Shown here one piece after another: positions 55,114-62,743 of a DNA stretch of 64,000 bases. The position numbers and the translations under genes are program-made. Below the pieces are notes generated by a model that worked only from the letters and a program-made list of their open reading frames with translations, was not told the origin of the DNA and ran no database searches. Origin of the DNA: Phycisphaerales bacterium (GTDB taxonomy: Bacteria > Planctomycetota > Phycisphaerae > Phycisphaerales > SM1A02); NCBI GenBank assembly GCA_029246705.1, contig JAQWMQ010000041.1, positions 142 through 64,141 on the forward strand, read 5' to 3'. The number at the start of each line of letters is the position of its first letter. The first letter of the stretch is position 1.

Positions 55114-56793
55114 ATGAATGAAAAAAGCCGCTTGCCTGTCTGCTTAGGCGTGATCTCTTCGGCCCTGGTCGCTTTCTCGCTTTCGGCACAGGATGGATGT
55201 TTCACACCCGATGCCTGCGAGGATCTCAACGGCAACGGCGTGGTCGATGCCTGTGAGAACGTTGATTCCCTCGGAACCGGACTTCTCGGGAGCTACTACG
55301 GATCCTGCTCCGGTTCAATCTACGGTGGAGTGACTCCTTCGGAGCGCATTCTCACCAGGGTCGATGCCAACATCGACTTCCGGAATGATTCGGACTTTCC
55401 TCCGGCAGAGGTTCCGGGTGACCGATTCTTCGTGCGTTGGACGGGCGCGATCACCTCCGGGGAATCCGGTGTTCACGGATTCCGGGCACGCCATGACGAT
55501 GGTTTTCGCTGCTCCGTCAACGGACAGTGGATCATCGAGGACTGGGTCGACCAGAGTGGTGGGGAGTACCACGCGGGTGAGATCGAGTTGACCGCGGGTG
55601 TTCCTGCCCTGGTGGTCATCGAGTACTACGACAACAGTGGTTCCGATTTCTGCGAGCTGGAGTGGCGAACCCCCTCCATGGACGAGCATGAGATCGTGCC
55701 CACCGATGTCTTCTCGCCTTCGACGGATCTCGACGGTGACGGGTACCCGGATTTCGATGTCGAGGATTGTGATGGCGACGGCATTTCCGATGCCGTCGCG
55801 CTGGGTAGCGGACTTTCCAGGGACTGCGACCTGAATTGCGTGCCCGATGAGTGTGACGAGAGTGAACCGGAAGTGCTTGCCTGGTATCGATTCGAGAGCA
55901 ATCCTCTCGTGATCATCGATTCATCCGGCAACGATCGTCATTTGATCGCGAGTTCCGAGGTTTCCTTCAGCAGCGATCGTTTCTCCAACGAGATTCCACG
56001 AACCGGCGATGACAACTCTGGCAGTGTCGAGTTTCCTGATGACGGGCAGCTCCGTTTCCCTGATCCTGATGGGGTCTTCGCGCTCGGGGACGAGAGCTTC
56101 ACGGTGGAGGCGTGGCTCAAGGTCAATGCGGCCACCACCGAGAACAACGACCAGCGCCAGTATCTTCTGCAGAAGAAGTCCGCCACCGGAGACGTCAACG
56201 CCGGGTTCCAGATCCTTGCCCAGTGCGGAAACATCGCTGCGGCGGGTGATTGGTACGGCAAGTCCTCCAATCGGGGCGGCAATGAAATCGGGATTCGTTT
56301 CGGAAACGGTACGAGCGCCTACACCATGATCAGCCGGATTCAACTGGTCGATTGTGCAGGATGGGTCCACATGAGTGTGGCGGTCGACCAGGAGAACCAA
56401 CGCGTTCGCTTCGAGGTTGATGGCGTCGTCGAATGGCAGGATCTTCCGGGACTGGGGCATGTTCCCGGCCAGGGCGCGTTGCGTATCGGTGCGCACAGCA
56501 CATCTGCCGGCGACCTCGACCAGCATTTTGACGGCAAGCTCGACGAACTCCGCATCATTCGTGGTGTCCTCCCCTTGAGCGGGATGCTTGATCGGTCCAC
56601 CGAGGTCGAAGACTGCCCCGAGAATCCCTGTGACGGTGACTACGACGACTCCGGAAGCGTCGATGGGGCCGACCTCACCCAGCTGCTCGGGGGCTGGGGT
56701 ACCGTAGACGTTCTTCTTGATCTTGATGGGGCGCCGGGTATCGACGGCGCCGACCTGACCATTCTTCTTGGAAACTGGGGCGTATGCCCGTGA
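55114..56793 (+). CDS. Secreted PA14 + LamG protein with dockerin-like tail
   Basis: ATG is preceded by GGAG. Signal peptide MNEKSRLPVCLGVISSALVAFSLSAQ. PA14: GLLGSYYGS...FFVRWTGAITS...HDDGFRCSVNGQWIIEDW...VIEYYDNSGSDFCELEWR. LamG: FTVEAWLKVN...WVHMSVAVD...FDGKLDELRIIRGV. Tail CDGDYDDSGSVDGADLTQLLGGWG...APGIDGADLTILLGNWGVCP-stop. Confidence 0.85.
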   Translation: MNEKSRLPVCLGVISSALVAFSLSAQDGCFTPDACEDLNGNGVVDACENVDSLGTGLLGSYYGSCSGSIYGGVTPSERILTRVDANIDFRNDSDFPPAEVPGDRFFVRWTGAITSGESGVHGFRARHDDGFRCSVNGQWIIEDWVDQSGGEYHAGEIELTAGVPALVVIEYYDNSGSDFCELEWRTPSMDEHEIVPTDVFSPSTDLDGDGYPDFDVEDCDGDGISDAVALGSGLSRDCDLNCVPDECDESEPEVLAWYRFESNPLVIIDSSGNDRHLIASSEVSFSSDRFSNEIPRTGDDNSGSVEFPDDGQLRFPDPDGVFALGDESFTVEAWLKVNAATTENNDQRQYLLQKKSATGDVNAGFQILAQCGNIAAAGDWYGKSSNRGGNEIGIRFGNGTSAYTMISRIQLVDCAGWVHMSVAVDQENQRVRFEVDGVVEWQDLPGLGHVPGQGALRIGAHSTSAGDLDQHFDGKLDELRIIRGVLPLSGMLDRSTEVEDCPENPCDGDYDDSGSVDGADLTQLLGGWGTVDVLLDLDGAPGIDGADLTILLGNWGVCP

Positions 56794-59135
56794 GAACCAC
56801 CATGTTGCACAACACCGCACTCGTACTCGCTTTCGTCTGCTCCGCAGGCGCCGTCGCCGACGTCGCCTATGTCCGGGCAGGTGCCGCTCCCGGCGGCGAT
56901 GGACTCTCCTGGGCGACTGCCAAGCCTGGCATTCGCGGAGGGATCAACGTCGCCGCGGCAAATCCCGACGTGACCGAGATCTGGGTCGCTGCGGGTACCT
57001 ATCCCTGCGGTGGAGCACCCTACCTCCTGCCACAGGGCGTGCCGATGTACGGTGGCTTCACCGGGGTCGAGACCGAGTGGTCGGAGCGCGATCCCTACCT
57101 CAATCAGACCACCCTCGATGCGAATGGCCAGAGCGGTGTTCTCGAGGGCGGCGATGATTGGGAATTCGGCGAGCTGCTCGTCGACGGCTTCGTGATCGCC
57201 GGTGGGCGAGCGACCGAGGGGGCTGGCTACTTCGCCTACAACGCGAGTCCGATCTTCGTGAACTGCGATTTCCGCGGGAATGTCGCCAACGGTGGCGATG
57301 GCGGTGCGATCCGGATCTACGAGGGCTCAGGACTCTTCGTGAACTGCGACTTTCGCGGGAACGAAGCGGGGGGCAGCGGTGGCGCCATCGATTGGTATGA
57401 CTGCTTTGCGACCTTCGTGAACTGCCGGTTCCGGAACAACAAGGCCGGCGGCTCCGGTGGCGCCATCGCCATCTATGAGAACGGACCCCGTCTCATCAAC
57501 TGCACGCTGTTCGGAAACGAGATCACCAACGGCCTCGATGACGACTACAACACCGGCTCCGCGATCATGGACTACCGAGGCGTCTGTCGGCTCGACAACT
57601 GCATCGTCTGGGGCAACACCGGCGCCGTCGCTTCCCAGGCCTATCCCTTCCCTCAGCATGGCTACTATCCGCCGGAAAACACACCGGTCTACAACTGGTC
57701 GATCGTGGACTGGGATCAGTTCCAGGGCGTGAACACCATTTCCTCGCATCCCGAACTCAGTGACAGCCCGGAACGCACGTTCCCCAAGGTCTTTTCGCCG
57801 GCGGTCGACTCCGCCAATCCCGAGTACCTGCCTGCCGACGAGTTCGATCTCGATCGTGACGGTGATTACACCGAGACCGTACCCCTCGACTGCTCCGGAC
57901 GGGAGCGTTTCGTGGATGCCACGGTCGTCGTCGATCAGGGGCCGCCGGATCCCTTCAATCCGATCGCGCTCGATCGTGGCGCCTATGAGTTCGACGATGA
58001 CTGCAACGGAAACGGCATCTCCGACATCCTCGACATTCAGGCCGGTGCACCGGACTGCGACGGTGACATGATTCCCGACGAGTGCGAGCTCGATTGGAAT
58101 GGTGATGGAGTCGCGGACATCTGTCAGATCCTCGCGGGTGAGGAACCCGACTGCAATGACAACGAACTGCTGGATGCCACCGACATCGCCCGGGGCGATC
58201 TGGACCGGGACGGCAACGGGGTTCCTGATTCCTGCCAGCCCGACTGCAACGGCAACGAACGACCGGACACGCTCGACATCTCGGTCGGGTTCTCGGTGGA
58301 TTGCAACGACAACGGAGTCCCGGACGAGTGCGAAATCATCACCCCGGAGGATGCGGTCTACGGTATCAGCGACGGCAGTTCCGAGATCTTCATCGCCGAG
58401 GACACCGAACCGACCATCATCTGGATCCAGGGATTCGAGATCGAGGAGGGACGTGAGACGATCGGTGCGGTCGAGTACATCATGGGCATGGTCGCCGGGG
58501 GCGGCAACTGCTCGGTCGGGATCTGGCTGGATTCCGATGGTGATCGTGATCCCAGCAACGCTGAACTGCTCGCATTGACCTCCAGCGTGATCCGCTGGCC
58601 CGCCAGCGACATGTACACCCGCGCCTGGTTCGATGAGGCCCTGACCTTCTCGCCCGGAGACATCGTCTTCGCGGGTGTGGTCTACGACCAGCAACCCGGT
58701 GAATACGCCGTGCCCCTCGACCAGAGCGCCAACTCGACCGATTCCTGGGTCGCCTTTGGAGGCGCCACTGCCGAGAATCTGGGCGGGGTGGGCACGATCG
58801 GACGGATCGGGGATTTCGGCCTGCCCGGGTGCTGGCAGATTCGAATGATCCCGGGACTGCCGATCGAAACCGACTGCAACGGAAATCTCCGACCCGATGA
58901 CTGCGACATCGCAGACGGCGCCGCGGATGGAAACGGTGACGGGATTCCTGACGAGTGCGACGAAAACGCCTGCACCGGTGACTTCGATCAAAGCGGTGGC
59001 GTTGACGGTGCCGACCTCTCGCGACTGCTCGGTTTCTGGGGCACCGTGAATGCGGAAGTCGATCTGGACGGAAGCCCCGGCATCGACGGTGCGGACCTCA
59101 CCCTGCTCCTTGGTCTCTGGGGGAACTGCCCCTGA
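56784..59135 (+). CDS. Secreted beta-helix protein with Pmp-type GGAI/FxxN repeats, 9 Cys repeats, unassigned ~170-aa domain, dockerin-like tail
   Basis: Overlaps the upstream stop by 10 nt (alternative ATG 56802 gives MLHNTALVLAFVCSAGAVA). DGLSWATAKPG...IWVAAGTY. Repeats GGDGGAIRIY..LFVNCDFRGN, GSGGAIDWY..TFVNCRFRNN, GSGGAIAIY..RLINCTLFGN. Tail CTGDFDQSGGVDGADLSRLLGFWG...SPGIDGADLTLLLGLWGNCP-stop. Confidence 0.85.
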   Translation: MPVRTTMLHNTALVLAFVCSAGAVADVAYVRAGAAPGGDGLSWATAKPGIRGGINVAAANPDVTEIWVAAGTYPCGGAPYLLPQGVPMYGGFTGVETEWSERDPYLNQTTLDANGQSGVLEGGDDWEFGELLVDGFVIAGGRATEGAGYFAYNASPIFVNCDFRGNVANGGDGGAIRIYEGSGLFVNCDFRGNEAGGSGGAIDWYDCFATFVNCRFRNNKAGGSGGAIAIYENGPRLINCTLFGNEITNGLDDDYNTGSAIMDYRGVCRLDNCIVWGNTGAVASQAYPFPQHGYYPPENTPVYNWSIVDWDQFQGVNTISSHPELSDSPERTFPKVFSPAVDSANPEYLPADEFDLDRDGDYTETVPLDCSGRERFVDATVVVDQGPPDPFNPIALDRGAYEFDDDCNGNGISDILDIQAGAPDCDGDMIPDECELDWNGDGVADICQILAGEEPDCNDNELLDATDIARGDLDRDGNGVPDSCQPDCNGNERPDTLDISVGFSVDCNDNGVPDECEIITPEDAVYGISDGSSEIFIAEDTEPTIIWIQGFEIEEGRETIGAVEYIMGMVAGGGNCSVGIWLDSDGDRDPSNAELLALTSSVIRWPASDMYTRAWFDEALTFSPGDIVFAGVVYDQQPGEYAVPLDQSANSTDSWVAFGGATAENLGGVGTIGRIGDFGLPGCWQIRMIPGLPIETDCNGNLRPDDCDIADGAADGNGDGIPDECDENACTGDFDQSGGVDGADLSRLLGFWGTVNAEVDLDGSPGIDGADLTLLLGLWGNCP

Positions 59136-61474
59136 TGAGGAGGCTCATCGTCATCCTCACCGGTCTGGCTTGTGCATGCACCGCTGCGGCTGACGTTGCG
59201 TATGTCCGAAATGACGCGCCCGACGGTGGGGACGGCCTCTCGTGGGCGACCGCGAAACGGAACCTGCGCGGCGGTCTGACCATGGCGCGGGAGAACGATG
59301 CCATCACGGAGATCTGGGTCGCGGCGGGCACCTACCGCTGCAATGGCGAACCGTTCGAGCTCGTGCAGGAGATCCCCGTCTACGGTGGATTCAGCGGTGA
59401 TGAGGTCGAGTGGCAGGATCGTGACCCACTGGCCAACGAATGCATTCTCGACGGGCAGTACCAGTGCCGGGTTCTGCGGGGTGGCTACGGCTGGCCCATG
59501 GGCGACCTGCGCGTCGACGGATTCGTGATCACCAAGGGGCGTGACTGGCAGGCCGGTGCCTGGGAGAACTATGAGGCCAACCCGATCTTCATCAACTGCC
59601 GGTTCGTCGGGAACCAGGCACATGCCGGCAACGGTGGTGCGATCAACAACTACACCGGCGAAGGCCTCTTCGTGAACTGCGATTTCCGCGGGAACACCGC
59701 GAGCGGTCGTGGTGGTGCGATCAACTGGTACGACTGCAGGGCGACCTTCGTGAACTGTCGGTTCCGAAGCAACGAGTCCGGGGGCAGCGGGGGGGCGATC
59801 GAGGTCTACGACAACGGTGGCCACTTCATCAACTGCACCTTCTTCGGCAACCGGGTCGGCGAGACCGTTTTTCCGGAGAACATCGTCTCCGGATCCGCGA
59901 TCATGGACTACCGCGGGGTCGCCCGACTCGACAACTGCATCGTCTGGGGCAATACCGGCGGCGGTTGGATCGAATACCCGTTCACCGAGCATGCCTACTT
60001 CCCGCCGGAAGGTCCCCCGACCTACAACTGGTCGATCGTCGCCTGGGACGGTTTCGAGGGTGAGAACAACCACGTGCTGCATCCGGAACTCGAGGACTCG
60101 GATGCGGGCACCCCGCCACGAGTGATCTCCTCCGCGATCGACTCCGCGAACCACTACTACCTTCCCCCCGACACGTACGATCTCGATCGGGACGGGGACG
60201 TCACCGAGCTCATCTCCCTGGATCTTGCCGGGCAGCCCCGATTCGTGAACTCGACGATCGTGGACGACCGGGTGCCCTTCGATCTCGACCCGCCACCCGC
60301 TCTCGACCGTGGTGCCTACGAATTCAATGACGACTGCAACGGCAACGGCGTGTCCGACATCAACGACATTCTCGGCGGGGCCAGTCTCGACTGCGATGGC
60401 GACCTCATTCCCGACGAGTGCGAACTCGACTGGGACGGTGATGGGGTCGCGGACGTGTGCGAGATCCTCAGCGGTGACGAAGAGGACTGCAACGGCAATC
60501 TGGCGCTCGACCTGATGGATGTCGTCCGCGGGACGTCGAACGATCGAAACAACAACGATCGACCGGACGAATGCGACATCGACTGCAATGAAAACGGTCG
60601 TCCCGACGAACTCGACATCGCCTCCGGCTTCTCCGCCAACTGCAACAACAACCTGATCCCCGACGAATGCGAGATCCCGACCCCGGACGAGTACTTCTAC
60701 GCCGACAACGACGGCAGTGCCGAGGTCTACCTCACCGACAACGGAACACTGGACATCATCTGGCTGCAGGGATTCGAGATCGAGGCCGGTCGGGAACGCA
60801 TTCGCGGGATCGACTACGTCATCGGCGACATTCCCTCCGGCCGACGCTGCTCGGTCGCCATCTGGCATGACGAGGATGGTGATCGGAACCCCGGGAATGC
60901 GACCCTCGTTGTCGCCCGCGACATCCCGGTCCTCTTCGACGGGAATGATGCCTTCGATCGGGTCCGCCTCCAGGAGACCATCGAGTTCGAACCCGGTGAC
61001 TTCGTCTTCGTCGGCGTGATCTATGGGCAGCAGGGTGGAGAGGGATCCGCACCTCTGGACCAGAGCGCAGGATCCTCCGATGCCTGGATCGCGTACGGCT
61101 CGGCGAACGCCGAGAACCTCTCGGAATCGGGCGGTCTCGATCGAGTCTCGACCGTGGGCTTCCCCGGTCGCTGGCTGATCAGGATGGTGCCCTCCCTGAG
61201 CCTTCCCAACGACTGCAACGGGAACCTGCGTCCGGACAACTGCGACATCGCGAACGGTGCGGGCGACGCCGATGGCGACGGGGTGCTCGATGCCTGTGAC
61301 CAGAGCGACTGTCTCGGCGACGTCGACAAGAACCTCCGGGTCGACGGCGAGGACCTGACCGAACTCCTCAGCTGGTGGGGAACGAGTCGGCCCGCGTCCG
61401 ATCTCAATCGCGATGGTCTGGTCGACGGGGCGGACCTGAACACCCTGCTTGGTGCCTGGGGACCGTGCCCCTGA
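59135..61474 (+). CDS. Tandem paralog of 56784..59135 (same domain order)
   Basis: TGATG junction with the upstream gene. Signal peptide MRRLIVILTGLACACTAAA. Collinear with the upstream paralog, including identical DNA blocks (TCTTCGTGAACTGCGATTTCCGCGGGAA at 57253 and 59667; CTCGACAACTGCATCGTCTGGGGCAA near 57590 and 59928). Tail CLGDVDKNLRVDGEDLTELLSWWG...RDGLVDGADLNTLLGAWGPCP-stop. Confidence 0.85.
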   Translation: MRRLIVILTGLACACTAAADVAYVRNDAPDGGDGLSWATAKRNLRGGLTMARENDAITEIWVAAGTYRCNGEPFELVQEIPVYGGFSGDEVEWQDRDPLANECILDGQYQCRVLRGGYGWPMGDLRVDGFVITKGRDWQAGAWENYEANPIFINCRFVGNQAHAGNGGAINNYTGEGLFVNCDFRGNTASGRGGAINWYDCRATFVNCRFRSNESGGSGGAIEVYDNGGHFINCTFFGNRVGETVFPENIVSGSAIMDYRGVARLDNCIVWGNTGGGWIEYPFTEHAYFPPEGPPTYNWSIVAWDGFEGENNHVLHPELEDSDAGTPPRVISSAIDSANHYYLPPDTYDLDRDGDVTELISLDLAGQPRFVNSTIVDDRVPFDLDPPPALDRGAYEFNDDCNGNGVSDINDILGGASLDCDGDLIPDECELDWDGDGVADVCEILSGDEEDCNGNLALDLMDVVRGTSNDRNNNDRPDECDIDCNENGRPDELDIASGFSANCNNNLIPDECEIPTPDEYFYADNDGSAEVYLTDNGTLDIIWLQGFEIEAGRERIRGIDYVIGDIPSGRRCSVAIWHDEDGDRNPGNATLVVARDIPVLFDGNDAFDRVRLQETIEFEPGDFVFVGVIYGQQGGEGSAPLDQSAGSSDAWIAYGSANAENLSESGGLDRVSTVGFPGRWLIRMVPSLSLPNDCNGNLRPDNCDIANGAGDADGDGVLDACDQSDCLGDVDKNLRVDGEDLTELLSWWGTSRPASDLNRDGLVDGADLNTLLGAWGPCP

Positions 61475-61558
61475 CCAGCCCGATCATGACGACCACCCGG
61501 TTCATCCCGTATAGAGTGGGTGTCCACCCGAACCGTTGACCGAATAGTGGAGACGCGC

Positions 61559-62743
61559 ATGTCCATCGACCTCGATCGCATCGGTGCCAGGCTGCAGAAC
61601 CTCGAGATCGAACTGCCGAGCTGGGGTTTCGCCGACACCGGCACCCGATTCGGCAAGTTCCTGCAGGATGCGGCAGCCCTCACGCTCGATGACAAGCTGG
61701 ACGATGCCGCGGAGGTGAACCGGGTCACCGGGGCCTGTCCGCAGGTCGCGGTGCACGTTCTCTGGGATGTCGAGGATCCCGACCGTCCGGAGCTGCTTGC
61801 GGAGGCCGCGGTCCGACGTGGACTGCGGATCGGTTCGATCAATCCCAACGTCTTCCAGGACCAGTGCTACAAGCTCGGCTCGGTCGCCAACGCCGATCCT
61901 GCGATCCGCCGTCGGGCGATCGACCATCTGCTGCACTCCGTCAAGGTCGGCCAGGCGACCGGTTCCGACATCCTGACTCTCTGGTTCGCTGATGGCACCA
62001 ACTACCCCGGCCAGGGCAACATCCGCCAGAGAAAGCGGTGGTTCGAGGAGGCGCTTCGGGAGGTGCACGAGGCGATGCCGCAGGGCATGACGATGCTCGT
62101 CGAGTACAAGCCCTTCGAGCCCGGCTTCTACCACACCGACATCGCGGACTGGGGCATGTCCTGCGCCTTCGCCCGACACGCCGGACCGAACGCCCGAGTG
62201 CTCGTCGACACCGGCCATCATCTTCCGGGGCAGAACATCGAGCACATCGTGGCCTTTCTCATCGACGAGGGCATGCTCGGGGGATTCCACTTCAACGACT
62301 CCAAGTACGCCGACGACGATCTGACCACCGGTTCGATCGATCCCTACGGAACCTTCCGCATCTTCCACGAGATTCTTCACGCGGAACGTGACCTGGGCAC
62401 CGAGCTGCCGATCGCCTGGATGGTCGACCAGTCACACAACCTGAAGCCGAAGACCGAGGCGATGATCCAGACCGTGACCACGATCCAGGAGCTCTTCGCC
62501 AAGGCGATGCTGGTTGATCTCGATCGTCTCGAGACGGCACGCCATGGGGGGGACATCGTGTCGGCCGAGGAATGCCTCAAGGACGCTTATGCCACCGATG
62601 TTCGCGCCGAACTCGGTGCCTGGCGTGAAGCGCGCGGGCTGCCCGCCGATCCTCTCGCCGAACATCGGGCCTCCGGCTACATCGAACGAGCCGCGGCGGA
62701 TCGGATCACCCGCAAGGCCGCCGCCTCCGGTTCCTACGCGTGA
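61559..62743 (+). CDS. rhaI: L-rhamnose isomerase-like sugar isomerase (TIM barrel, RhaI type)
   Basis: ATG 61559 is preceded by GGAGA. LEIELPSWGFADTGTRFGKF near the N-terminus is the pattern I associate with RhaI-type isomerases. Directly coupled (GTGA) to a rhamnulokinase gene. Confidence 0.7.
   Translation: MSIDLDRIGARLQNLEIELPSWGFADTGTRFGKFLQDAAALTLDDKLDDAAEVNRVTGACPQVAVHVLWDVEDPDRPELLAEAAVRRGLRIGSINPNVFQDQCYKLGSVANADPAIRRRAIDHLLHSVKVGQATGSDILTLWFADGTNYPGQGNIRQRKRWFEEALREVHEAMPQGMTMLVEYKPFEPGFYHTDIADWGMSCAFARHAGPNARVLVDTGHHLPGQNIEHIVAFLIDEGMLGGFHFNDSKYADDDLTTGSIDPYGTFRIFHEILHAERDLGTELPIAWMVDQSHNLKPKTEAMIQTVTTIQELFAKAMLVDLDRLETARHGGDIVSAEECLKDAYATDVRAELGAWREARGLPADPLAEHRASGYIERAAADRITRKAAASGSYA

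Noticed and set aside
57327-60868. Two long minus-strand ORFs (554 and 626 aa)
   Set aside because: They are antisense to the tandem paralogs, whose plus-strand products have signal peptides, GGAI/FxxN repeats and dockerin tails. The antisense translations are Val/Asp/Gly-rich mirror artefacts.
52000-61300. Periodic short DNA repeats (GACTGCAACGGCAAC-like) that could be mistaken for a CRISPR-like or satellite array
   Set aside because: The repeats are in frame within long ORFs and encode the D-C-N-G-N peptide repeat. Their spacing is irregular, and there are no unique spacers of uniform length or cas genes.
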